Source of the DNA: Syntrophales bacterium
GTDB lineage: Bacteria > Desulfobacterota > Syntrophia > Syntrophales > PHBD01
Direction: 5' to 3'
NCBI GenBank assembly: GCA_963668175.1
Contig: OY764159.1
Coordinates: forward strand, 2,144,001-2,208,000
Length of the DNA stretch: 64,000 nucleotides
The first letter of the stretch is position 1. Every line of letters begins with the position of its first letter. Both the position numbers and the translations under genes were made by a program. Below are positions 20,873 to 30,206 of this stretch, piece after piece. The notes below the pieces were generated by a model, which made no database searches, was not told the DNA's origin, and saw only the letters and a list, made by a program, of their open reading frames with translations.

Positions 20873-21231
20873 AGGACCCCCCGGTTCCCCCATTATTTCG
20901 CAAGTGGTTTACTCCCCTGCTTTTGCCATATATTCCTATAAATAGCAAATATTATTCTAATATTTTTTAAAAACAATATAGATATTAAGCCCTTAATAAC
21001 CATATAACGTCACTCCACTTATCATGCCGAGGTGACGCGGAAAGGTGAGGGTAAGTATGTGTAGCCGACATCACACTCCCTGTCCCTGCTTCCCCTCCAA
21101 CTGAACAGAAGCATACCGCTTGACGCTGACTCTCCCGGCATGATCCGTCAGAGTCACTATCTGAAACGTGGAATGGATTAAATGATGAAGCGAACCGAGA
21201 CTTCAGGAAGATATCTGCATAACGCGCCGTT

Positions 21232-22614
21232 TTACAGCACCAGCTCTTCGATGAAGGCGATGAGCTGGTTGACGTTGCCGCAGACGCGGACTTCGTGGCA
21301 GTGCCGGGCGTAGGTGTAGATTTCGCTGTCGGCCGTGCCCCAGAGGTTCTCCGCCTCGGGGTTCAGCCAGATGACGCGTCGGCAACGGTCCCGCATCTCG
21401 CCCAGGATCGCGTCCTCGGGGTGCGTATAGTTCCCCCGCCCGTCGCCGACGACGATGAGCGTCGTCCTCTTCGTGAGCAGCTCCATGTACGACCGCTTGA
21501 AGTGGCGGAAGGTCTCGCCGTAATCGGTCTGCGCGTTGTAGCGGACGTCCGCGTTCTTCGTGACGATGCCGATCGCCTCTTCGATGCCGTGTTCCGCGAA
21601 GATGTCCGTCACATCCGTCAGCCTGTCGACGAAGACGAAGCTGTTCACCTTGTCGAAGCAGTCCTGGAGGGAGTAGAGGAGGTTGAGCATGAAGCGGGCC
21701 GCCGTCCAGACGGAGCTGGACACGTCGCACAGCGTGACGATGCGGCTTTTGCGCAGGGCCTTCCGGCGGTACCGGATCTCGATGGGGACGCCGGTGTACT
21801 TGGCCGCCGACCGCAGCGTCTTCTTGACGTCCAGGTTGCCCCGGTCGCGCACCGCGAAGCGGCGGCTGACGACGTTCCGGAGTTTCCTCACCAGCTTGTC
21901 GACGGCCTCCCGCATCTCCTCGACTTCCCCGCGCGTGAAGGACGAGAAGTCCTTCTCCCCCAGCTCCTTCAGGCGCTGTTCGTGGGTCTGGACGGTCCGC
22001 GTCCCGGTGTCGCTGCCCGGTTCGTACATCAGGATGGAGCGGGCGGAGGCCAGCCGTTCGTCGACGTGGGCGGCAAGCTCGCGGCGCTGCGTGGGAGCCA
22101 TGCTCAGATCGTCGCTATCCAGGAGGGCCGAGGCGGCGGAGGCGGTCCGGATGATCTGCATGAGGACGTTCATGCGGCTCGCGAGCGGCCCGAAATTGAA
22201 CCGGGCCGATGCCTCCGGGGCATCCGACTCCTGGTGGATGCGGCGCATTTCGGCGAGGAGCGGCAGCGGATTGCCCGCCACGAAGTCCACCACCGCGCCG
22301 TAGACCGGGTTGTCGTCGGGCTTCTCCCTGAGGAGCTTCGCCGCCTTCCGGATGTGCTCGGCCTGATCGGCGGCCTGCCGCATATCGCCCGCGTTCACGC
22401 GCATTTCATGGAAGAAGAGACGGTAGAGGCGGTCGAAGTGAGGAATCTCCCGGACGCTCTTGGCAAAGTTGGCGCGGAGCAGCGCCCTGAACTGCAGTTC
22501 GTCCGTCGGGTCGATCAGTTCCATCTGCCGGAAGCTGTCGAGGACCTCCGCGGTGGAGATGCGCAGGCCGGAGGCCCGGCAGCAGGAAGCGAATTGCTGG
22601 ATAAGCTTGACCAT
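21232..22614 (-). CDS. VWA domain protein (CoxE-like)
   Basis: LDVKKTLR, LCDVSSSV, TDYG, VVGDGRGN and WLNPE motifs. Downstream of a MoxR ATPase. Confidence 0.9.
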   Translation of the reverse strand: MVKLIQQFASCCRASGLRISTAEVLDSFRQMELIDPTDELQFRALLRANFAKSVREIPHFDRLYRLFFHEMRVNAGDMRQAADQAEHIRKAAKLLREKPDDNPVYGAVVDFVAGNPLPLLAEMRRIHQESDAPEASARFNFGPLASRMNVLMQIIRTASAASALLDSDDLSMAPTQRRELAAHVDERLASARSILMYEPGSDTGTRTVQTHEQRLKELGEKDFSSFTRGEVEEMREAVDKLVRKLRNVVSRRFAVRDRGNLDVKKTLRSAAKYTGVPIEIRYRRKALRKSRIVTLCDVSSSVWTAARFMLNLLYSLQDCFDKVNSFVFVDRLTDVTDIFAEHGIEEAIGIVTKNADVRYNAQTDYGETFRHFKRSYMELLTKRTTLIVVGDGRGNYTHPEDAILGEMRDRCRRVIWLNPEAENLWGTADSEIYTYARHCHEVRVCGNVNQLIAFIEELVL

Positions 22615-22660
22615 GAATCAGAGACTTTCATATGACAGGCCGCGCCCCCCGCATGGGGGG

Positions 22661-22839
22661 TGTTGAAAAACGCCCATCTGTTACTTGCCCCCTTCAGGGG
22701 GGGCTTTTGCGCGTCCCCTAAAGGGGATAAATCACCTAAAGGTGACAAGCCTTGCATCTGGACATTTTTGAACCCCCTGAAGGGGGCGAGCAACCTGCGT
22801 TCCCCCTGCATAGGGGGTTCAAAAGCGAGTTTTTCAACA
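22661..22839. mobile_element. MITE/REP-like non-autonomous element with nested short palindromes
   Basis: Perfect 11-bp terminal IR TGTTGAAAAAC / GTTTTTCAACA. No credible ORF. Five internal 12-16-bp palindromes. Confidence 0.65.
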
Positions 22840-22880
22840 AGCTGTTAAATCCCGATAGCTCCGGCGGCGCCCCCCGCCTG

Positions 22881-23789
22881 TCAGGGGACGACGCGGTCCA
22901 TGTGCTTGCGCACCTTCTCCATGTCCGCCCGGTACTTGCAGATGACGTTCAGCGTCTCCGAAACGACCTCAGGCGTCAGCTCCGCGATTTGCAGGGCCAG
23001 GAGCGACTGCGCCCAGTCCAGCGTTTCCGAGATGCTGGGGCTCTTCTTGAGATCGAGGCCGCGGATTTTGCGGATGGCGGAAACCAGCGCGGCGCAAAGC
23101 TTTGCCTCGATGCCGGGGATCTTCAGGCGGACGATGGCGATCTCCGTATCCTCGGCGGGGTAGTCGATGTAGAGGTGGACGCAGCGGCGCTTGAGGGCGT
23201 CGCTCATGTCTCGGTAGTTGTTGGACGTAAGGAGCACGAAGGGGATCTTCACGGCCTTGCGGGTGCCCAGCTCCGGGATGGACACCTGGAAGTCGCTTAA
23301 AAGCTCAAGAAGGAAGGCCTCGAACTCCGGGTCGGACTTGTCGACTTCGTCCAGAAGCAGCACCACCGGCTCCTTCGAGCTGATCGCCTGCAGGAGCGGG
23401 CGCGGCTGGATGAAGCGGTCGGAGAAGAAGGCGTCCTCCTGGGCGCCGATCTGGTCCACCGCCTCCGTCAGGGTCGCCGTGGGGGCGATGATGTCGTTGA
23501 TGCGGTCTTTCACCATCTGCGTGTAGAGGAGCTGCTTCGCGTACTCCCATTCGTAGAGGGCCTTGGCCTCGTCCAGCCCCTCGTAGCACTGGAGGCGGAT
23601 CAGCTCGCGGCCGAGGCTCCGGGCGACGGCCTTGGCCAGTTCCGTCTTGCCGACGCCCGCCGGCCCTTCGATCAGGACGGGCTTCTGCGTCGCCTGCGCC
23701 AGGAAGACGACCGTCGCGATCTCCCGCGACGGAATATAGCCCGCCTCCGCGAGCCTCTTCTCCACATCGTCGACACTCCGGTAATCCAT
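22881..23789 (-). CDS. MoxR-family AAA+ ATPase (CoxD-like)
   Basis: Walker A GPAGVGKT, IRLQCYEG, Walker B LLLDEVDK, and LTSN...SDALKRRC. Confidence 0.93.
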   Translation of the reverse strand: MDYRSVDDVEKRLAEAGYIPSREIATVVFLAQATQKPVLIEGPAGVGKTELAKAVARSLGRELIRLQCYEGLDEAKALYEWEYAKQLLYTQMVKDRINDIIAPTATLTEAVDQIGAQEDAFFSDRFIQPRPLLQAISSKEPVVLLLDEVDKSDPEFEAFLLELLSDFQVSIPELGTRKAVKIPFVLLTSNNYRDMSDALKRRCVHLYIDYPAEDTEIAIVRLKIPGIEAKLCAALVSAIRKIRGLDLKKSPSISETLDWAQSLLALQIAELTPEVVSETLNVICKYRADMEKVRKHMDRVVP

Positions 23790-24156
23790 GAATAACGTCG
23801 TCCTTTCCTTGCGATACATATCCGGCGGCACGTGCCCGGGTACAGGGCGCAAGACCGCGCCGTCGCCTGCCGCCTGAGGATACCACCGGGGCCGCCGGAT
23901 GCCCAGCAAAATCTATCTCTTGGAAAAACGGGGGGTTAACGGGGCGGACAGATGCCAATCCGGAGAAAGTGCGGGCCTCGGAGGGATATCAAAAAAACGG
24001 ACGGAAAGCGGGCGGAAACGGAAAGACGAGACCGGTTGGCGAATCATGGGCGTCGGGATAATTCCGGGGACACCACACTTAATTATTATAATAAAATAAA
24101 GTGAACCGTCGCCGTTGCCGCCCGGCCGGAAACACCCTTCCCCGGAACCCTTTCCC

Positions 24157-24837
24157 CTAACGCACGGGCTGGTTTTCAGGGCGTATCCATTGGGGGAGGA
24201 TGGATTTCTCGATCCTGACCTTCTGCAATGCGGGGTATTCGGAAAGGTACAGCTTCATATCCTCCTCGAATCTATCTTCGGCAACAACATCGTAAGTCCC
24301 CGTGGAAGCGCCGACCACCGCCTGATCGATCAGCGGTACGACTTTTCCCGCTCTTTCTTCGCTGTCGCTTTTCCTTTCCCGCAGCACGACGTCAAGATGT
24401 CCCAGGTAGATCACGGCGTTCGGTTTGATCTCCAGTTTATAATTCAGCGGAACGGAGCCGCCGCCGGTAATCGGGAAATGATCGTATGCCGCGCCGATGC
24501 TGTGAAAGGTGTACGCGCCTCCCGCAAGCTCAAAACTCAGCAGGTATTCGTTGAAGCTGTTCTCCACGCTTTTTATCCGGTAAGGAATGTCGGCCCTGTA
24601 GAAGCTGCTCCTCGACCCGTGGTCGCATCGCTCCGATTGCGGGCAGATAAGCGCGCCCATGATATCCAGCTGGTAGCCCGGCTTGTGCTGGTTCGCAATC
24701 TTGACCGAAAGCAGGGCCAGCGATTTTTTGGAGACGTCAATGTCCGTCTGGCCCTTGGTGAGCGCCATGTTGCCGCCCGCGCAACCCGCCATGACGAAGA
24801 CGGAACACAAGACGATAAGAAACCTTCGACTGATCAT
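24157..24837 (-). CDS. Hypothetical lipoprotein (repeat-flanked cassette)
   Basis: GGAGG RBS. MISRRFLIVLCSVFVMAGC lipobox. Confidence 0.82.
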   Translation of the reverse strand: MISRRFLIVLCSVFVMAGCAGGNMALTKGQTDIDVSKKSLALLSVKIANQHKPGYQLDIMGALICPQSERCDHGSRSSFYRADIPYRIKSVENSFNEYLLSFELAGGAYTFHSIGAAYDHFPITGGGSVPLNYKLEIKPNAVIYLGHLDVVLRERKSDSEERAGKVVPLIDQAVVGASTGTYDVVAEDRFEEDMKLYLSEYPALQKVRIEKSILPQWIRPENQPVR

Positions 24838-25007
24838 AACCCCTCCCGGCCAACGCCTCATCCATGATATCGGGGAATTCGTGAATTCGGGGGGCACCAC
24901 ACTCATTTAACAAAATTCCCCTGCCTGGCGGTTAATAATTAAGTATGACGTCCCCGGAATTACGACTGCCTGGCGGTTTATAATTAAGTATGGTGTCCCT
25001 GAATTGA

Positions 25008-25491
25008 CGATCTGGTCCACCGCCTCCGTCAGGGTCGCGGTGGGGGCGATGATGTCGTTGATGCGGTCCTTCACCATCTGCGTGTAGAGGAGCTGCTTGG
25101 CGTACTCCCATTCGTAGAGGGCCTTGGCCTCGTCCAGCCCCTCGTAGCACTGGAGGCGGATCAGCTCGCGGCCGAGGCTCCGGGCGACGGCCTTGGCCAG
25201 CTCCGTCTTGCCGACGCCCGCCGGCCCCTCGATCAGGACGGGCTTCTGCGTCGCCTGCGCCAGGAAGACGACCGTCGCAATCTCCCGCGAGGGGATGTAG
25301 CCCGCCTCCGTCAGCCTCTTCTCCACATCGTCGACACTCCGGTAATCCATGAATAACGTCGTCCTTTCCCTGCGATACATATCCGGCGGCACAAGCCCGG
25401 TTACAGGGCGCACAACCGCGCCGCCGCCTGCCGCCTGAGGATACCACCGGGGCCGCCGGATGCCCAGCAAAATATATCATTGGGAAAAACG
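25008..25491 (-). pseudogene. Partial duplicate of the moxR 5' end and upstream region (copy of 23447-23930), bounded by repeats
   Basis: Colinear 484-bp copy without indels. The reading frame runs into the repeat after ...EAVDQI. Confidence 0.93.
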
Positions 25492-25603
25492 TCTGAATTT
25501 GGGGGACACCACGCTCATTTATCAGAATTCCCCTGCATGGCGGTTTATAATTAAGTATGGTGTCCCCCGAATTACGTTTGCGCCTGATTGCTGTGCGGCG
25601 ATA

Positions 25604-26134
25604 TTAGTAACGGCGCCGACGTATATTAACGCAGAGCCAGCAATTATTTTGATGTTGTACCAACTCAATCTTGAAATGGGGACTTCTTCGGATGCCGAAT
25701 CTATAAGGATAGAATTTGAATTCACGTGCCATTTGGGGAAAACGAAGTTTTAGACCGTCGACATACCGAGTGACACTTGGCTTATCAAGCCACGGACCAG
25801 TTTGTGGGTGTGGATCTTTGTATACGATGACTTGCCCTTTGGAGTCTCTGTAAATCGCAGTGGCACTATCTGGAAGAGATGCTGGAAATACGTCGTAAGG
25901 GCCACAAATTCTGTGGTGGGTAGTTGATGCCCTGAAATATGGTGCATCCTCAAAGAATACCTTTGTGCCATCTTCATAAGCAGTGAAACCTTCGCCTGAT
26001 TTTGTAAGCAATGGAAGGTGCTTTTCTGTCAGTCCAAAAAGTTGTTCTTTATCGCATTCCTCCCAAAACCATGTGCGCCAGTAATCATGACCATTCCTAC
26101 TGACAACGGAGGCTTCATATGACCAAGGCATCAT
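25604..26134 (-). CDS. Hypothetical protein (AT-rich, repeat-flanked cassette)
   Basis: AAGGAG RBS. The ORF fills the interval between two repeats. Confidence 0.7.
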   Translation of the reverse strand: MMPWSYEASVVSRNGHDYWRTWFWEECDKEQLFGLTEKHLPLLTKSGEGFTAYEDGTKVFFEDAPYFRASTTHHRICGPYDVFPASLPDSATAIYRDSKGQVIVYKDPHPQTGPWLDKPSVTRYVDGLKLRFPQMAREFKFYPYRFGIRRSPHFKIELVQHQNNCWLCVNIRRRRY

Positions 26135-26305
26135 CAATCTCCTTTTCTGGAAAGTTCAAGCACTTTCCAATTAATATTACAAACAAATGGTGCAAATGAC
26201 GGAATTCGGGAATTCGGGGAACATCCATATTCATTTGTCTGAATTCCCCTGCCTGGCGGTTAATAATTAAGTATGACGTCCCCGGAATTGTGCTGTGGTT
26301 GGGAT

Positions 26306-26857
26306 TTAATAAAATCTTTTGTTCATAGCTTTCTTATAAACGTTCTCTAGATCAAACGTTACAGGATCTCTCTCCCCATCATCTGTTGAATTATCAATTA
26401 AATTGAACGCTATACCACCATTTTCAATTTCACCCAAAAAGCACAATTCTTTTTTTGAGGCTCTTCTGGCTAAGGCAAACTCTCCATGATCGCCTAAATA
26501 ATTATCCTTAAAGTCATCATCCCATTCGGGAACTGCTAGAACATAGACTTTATATTTGTTTTGCTGTGGGGATCCTATTATTAAAAGATATTTTTTATTA
26601 GTTTGCCGACTAAATACTTCTATTTTTTTATCATCATGCCATTCATATCCGTCAGGTTTTATTTCTATCCAACAACTGTAATCAGGGAGATAAAAATCAG
26701 GTAAGTACCATGTACCATCAATATCAAATCCTTCAACTTCATATTGATATTCTATTTCGAGTTCATCAAAGAACACCGCCCAGCGCGCTTCTAATCTACT
26801 ACGAAATTTGATGCCGTTATAATTTGTTTCAATAGTTTTTATCATTTTCCATCCCAA
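26306..26857 (-). CDS. Putative PD-(D/E)XK nuclease-like protein (repeat-flanked cassette)
   Basis: FRSRLEARWAVFFD...YLPDFYLP...WIEIKP motif. AT-rich. Confidence 0.8.
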   Translation of the reverse strand: MGWKMIKTIETNYNGIKFRSRLEARWAVFFDELEIEYQYEVEGFDIDGTWYLPDFYLPDYSCWIEIKPDGYEWHDDKKIEVFSRQTNKKYLLIIGSPQQNKYKVYVLAVPEWDDDFKDNYLGDHGEFALARRASKKELCFLGEIENGGIAFNLIDNSTDDGERDPVTFDLENVYKKAMNKRFY

Positions 26858-26932
26858 CGATTAATATACCAACTTGGTTTATGCGATTTCCGGAGGCAAT
26901 ATTACGTCCCTGAATTGTTCGGAATTGGCAAG

Positions 26933-27469
26933 TCATTTTTTAATAATGCATCTTTGTAGATGCTCTTGAACTTCTCTCGGAAATTCATTGGCAGCTATTG
27001 AATCATCAAATAGCCACTTAAAATAAATAACCACTATATATCGTAGATCCCACATTGAAAAAATTGAATTATCAATTTCAATGTAAATTTCTGGTTTATT
27101 ATCGAAATATGATCTCCAGTCGCCCACTATAGGCGGGTAGGTTTTCTTCACCGGTGTTTTCTCATAATTTTTTTTTCGTAGAATCATATGCTTACTACCA
27201 TTGGTTAAATCTTTAAAAGCTTTTAACAACACCTGCATTTCAGATGTAGTACGTCCTTTTTTTTGACGAGCTAATCTGGGGCGATTCTGATCTTCGTCAA
27301 TCCAGTCATCATATAAGTGCCATGCAGTCACGAAAAAATTAAAACAATCATAAGGATTGCATTCCTCGCTCAATTTTTTATCTTCATAGAGCAGCTTCAT
27401 CAACATATCGTAACTACTACTTATTCCATAATCAAAATGTGGCGTATTATTTTCTATCAAGTCATTCAT
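26933..27469 (-). CDS. Hypothetical protein, possibly HEPN-like (repeat-flanked cassette)
   Basis: FNFFVTAWHLYDDW and KDLTNGSKH, which resembles the HEPN Rx4-6H pattern. AT-rich. Confidence 0.72.
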   Translation of the reverse strand: MNDLIENNTPHFDYGISSSYDMLMKLLYEDKKLSEECNPYDCFNFFVTAWHLYDDWIDEDQNRPRLARQKKGRTTSEMQVLLKAFKDLTNGSKHMILRKKNYEKTPVKKTYPPIVGDWRSYFDNKPEIYIEIDNSIFSMWDLRYIVVIYFKWLFDDSIAANEFPREVQEHLQRCIIKK

Positions 27470-27636
27470 ATGATTTATAAATTCTATGCCATACAGAATT
27501 CGGGGGACACATACTCATTTATCTGAATTCTCCTGAATGGCGGTTAATCATTAAGTATGGACGTCCCCTGAATTGGCGCACTTTTCAGAATAAACACATC
27601 AGCAATATCATAAACGCAAGGGCTTAAATTCCGCGT

Positions 27637-27909
27637 TTACTTCACGAAGTCTCTTAGTGCCTTACCGGCTTTGAACGTAGGAACTTTCTTGGCCGCAATT
27701 TTAATTGTTTTTCCAGTCTGTGGATTTCTTCCTTCTCTGGCCTTTCGCTTTGCAACAGAGTATGTGCCGAAACCAACAATCGTCACGGCGCTATCTCTTT
27801 TCATTGCGCCTTGAATGGCCTGATGATAACAATCAATGCAGCGGCTGGCCTGGGCTTTCGTAACTCCGGCACAACCAGCCACAAATGAAACGACATCTGC
27901 TTTATTCAT
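27637..27909 (-). CDS. hup: HU-family histone-like DNA-binding protein
   Basis: MNKADVV...VGFGTYSVAKRKAREGRNPQTGKTIKIAAKKVPTFKAGKALRD. Confidence 0.92.
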   Translation of the reverse strand: MNKADVVSFVAGCAGVTKAQASRCIDCYHQAIQGAMKRDSAVTIVGFGTYSVAKRKAREGRNPQTGKTIKIAAKKVPTFKAGKALRDFVK

Positions 27910-28516
27910 TTTTGCCCCTCCCCTTTTCGCTCTGCAACTGGAATTTGAGAGCCGCGATTTCTCTATCCCGCCGATCAATCTCCGCTTTCGATTGTTCAAT
28001 TTGTGATTTCAGCAAATACACTTCTCTTTTCAAATCGTTATTGGAAGGCTTAATATAATTCACATAGGCCCACGCGGACGAAGCGACGACCGCAACAACG
28101 GATACAGTGAACGTAGCCAGCTTCCACGGTTTGGCTTTCTTCGCCTCCAATATGTCAAGCCTTTCTTTCGTTGACAGCACGCCTGTGAGCTCCCAATGAT
28201 GCCTGCATTTCACCGGCATGTTTTCGGGATCTTTTAAATAGCCTCCCAGGCAAGTCCGCTTCACAGCCTTACGTATCAGAGACGTATCGCACTCTTCGCC
28301 GTTGTCGAATTTGGCAATTTCATCTTCTATAATCTTCTGGTCCTCGCGATCCAGAGTTTCTATAGAGTGGTCTTCGACGTACAAGTAGCAATTGTTCAAG
28401 CAATTTGGCAAGAATGGCCTCCTGGTACCTTCAGGAAACTGGTTCAACGCGAACGCGAGAGATAGGAAATGCAGTGAGATGTGAAAAACTTTGAACCGAT
28501 TTATGAGGCTTGTCAA
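27902..28516 (-). CDS. Hypothetical protein with one TM helix and a C-terminal coiled coil (start uncertain)
   Basis: TM LATFTVSVVAVVASSAWAYV. Stop overlaps the HU start. Confidence 0.65.
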   Translation of the reverse strand: MTSLINRFKVFHISLHFLSLAFALNQFPEGTRRPFLPNCLNNCYLYVEDHSIETLDREDQKIIEDEIAKFDNGEECDTSLIRKAVKRTCLGGYLKDPENMPVKCRHHWELTGVLSTKERLDILEAKKAKPWKLATFTVSVVAVVASSAWAYVNYIKPSNNDLKREVYLLKSQIEQSKAEIDRRDREIAALKFQLQSEKGRGKNE

Positions 28517-28844
28517 GATGAAATATCAGTAAAATCAATAAAAAGATATGCAATCAGCCTCTAGTAATCTTGCGGGCGGGGATATGAGGGGAGGAAGAAG
28601 AAAAGAGGTTTTAAGAAACGGACATGGTGAAACATAGATCATTTATTCACGACTATTAATTGGCATCAACAAGATACTCGACGGAGGTGATTAATGACTA
28701 CAGGAAAAATCCTTGATTCGCGATGGGGTTTGCGGCTGCCGTCGGGAATGTCTTATTTCCGGCAAGGGACGCATGGTCCCGCCGGTCTTTCCCTCCCGCC
28801 GGCCGCCGGCCTGGCCCGGCGCGGTCGCCGTTCCCGGCTGCCGT

Positions 28845-30203
28845 TCAGTTCCGCATGCTGGTGACGGGGGCGGGGAGCCTGCCGCCCCGCTTGAGGAAGT
28901 CTTTCGCGGAGTAGGGATTCACCTTCATGATCGGCGCTTCCCCGAGAAGCCCGCCGAAATCGACCGACTCGCCCGCAACCTTCCCCGGGACGGGGATGAT
29001 GCGGACGGCCGTCGTCTTGTTGTTCACGATCCCTATCGCCAGTTCGTCCGCGATAATGGCGTTGATGGTCTCCGCCGGGGTGTCGCCGGGCACGGCGAAC
29101 ATGTCGAGGCCGACGGAACACACGGCGCTCAGCGATTCGAGCTTGTCCAGGCCGAGGGAGCCCCGCCTGACCGCGTCGATCATGTTCCGGTCTTCGCTTA
29201 CGGGGATGAACGTGCCGCTTAAGCCGCCCACGTTCCCGCTCGCCATCGCGCCGCCCTTCTTCACGGCGTCCATCAGGAGGGCGACCGCCAGGGTCGTGCC
29301 GTGCGCCCCCGTCGATTCGATGCCGAAGGCCTCGACGATGCCGGCCACCGAATCCCCGGCGGCGGTCGTCGGCGCGAGGGAGATGTCCACGATCCCGAAG
29401 GGGACGTCCATGTTCCGCGCGAGTTCCCGGCCGACAAGCTCCCCGCTTCTCGTGATCTTGAAGACGGTCCTTTTGATGACCTCGGCAAGCTCCGTCAGGT
29501 CGCACGACCGGTTCTTCTCCACGACGCTCCGGACGACGCCCGGCCCGCTGATGCCGACGTTGAGCGACATGTCCGGCTCGCCCATGCCGTGATACGCGCC
29601 CGCCATGAAGGGGTTGTCCTCCGGGGCGTTCACGAAGACGACGAACTTCGCGCAGCCGACGGCGTCCTTCGTGAGGGAGGCCGTCCGCTTGAGCATCGGG
29701 CCGATGAGGTTCACCGCATCCAGGTTCATTCCCGCCGTGTTCGCGCCCACGTTGAGAAACGAGCACACCCTTTCCGTGGCCGCGAGGACCTCGGGCAGGG
29801 ATTCGATCAGCACTTTTTCGGAACGGGTGATGCCCTTGTGCACCAGCGCGCCGAAGCCGCCGATGAAGTCGATTCCCGCGTCCGCCGCCGCACGGTCAAG
29901 GGCCTTCGCCATGGCCACGTACTTCTCCGCCGTGGCGTGCGTCTCCATGACGATGCTGACAGGGGTGATGGAAACCCTCTTGTTGACGACGGGGATGCCG
30001 TACTTCGCTTCGAGTTTCTTCGCCTCGTCCACGAGCTTCTTCGCGTTCGCGCGGATCTTGCCGTAGACCTTGTCCGTGAAGGCCCCGAAGTCGGAATCGA
30101 TGCAGTCCTTGAGATTGATGCCGAGCGTCGTCGTCCTGATATCGAGGTTCTGATACAGGATCATGCTGGCCGTTTCGAATATTTCTTCGACCGATAGGGC
30201 CAT
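28845..30203 (-). CDS. UPF0210 / DUF711 (PFL-like) family protein
   Basis: LDIRTTTLGINL, GIPVVNKRVSITP, NPFMAGAYHG and CSVGLDM motifs. Paired with an ACT protein. Confidence 0.93.
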   Translation of the reverse strand: MALSVEEIFETASMILYQNLDIRTTTLGINLKDCIDSDFGAFTDKVYGKIRANAKKLVDEAKKLEAKYGIPVVNKRVSITPVSIVMETHATAEKYVAMAKALDRAAADAGIDFIGGFGALVHKGITRSEKVLIESLPEVLAATERVCSFLNVGANTAGMNLDAVNLIGPMLKRTASLTKDAVGCAKFVVFVNAPEDNPFMAGAYHGMGEPDMSLNVGISGPGVVRSVVEKNRSCDLTELAEVIKRTVFKITRSGELVGRELARNMDVPFGIVDISLAPTTAAGDSVAGIVEAFGIESTGAHGTTLAVALLMDAVKKGGAMASGNVGGLSGTFIPVSEDRNMIDAVRRGSLGLDKLESLSAVCSVGLDMFAVPGDTPAETINAIIADELAIGIVNNKTTAVRIIPVPGKVAGESVDFGGLLGEAPIMKVNPYSAKDFLKRGGRLPAPVTSMRN

Positions 30204-30206
30204 CGC

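Larger units (their letters stand above)
24060..27574. repeat. Array of ~79-bp palindromic repeats separating single genes. Full copies: 24883-24961, 25495-25573, 26210-26289, 27496-27574. Partial copies: 24060-24087, 24966-25005, ~26886-26916.
   Basis: Consensus GAATTCGGGGGACACCAYACTCATTTATCWGAATTCCCCTGCCTGGCGGTTWATAATTAAGTATGRYGTCCCCSGAATT, with ~27-bp imperfect inverted arms. Confidence 0.92.

Noticed and set aside
24907..25470. Second functional MoxR gene
   Set aside because: Truncated before Walker B, and its C-terminus is translated repeat sequence.
24060..27574. CRISPR array or canonical integron
   Set aside because: Repeats are ~79 bp with 0.5-0.8-kb gene-containing intervals and no cas genes. 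No attC core motifs at the ends and no intI in the window.
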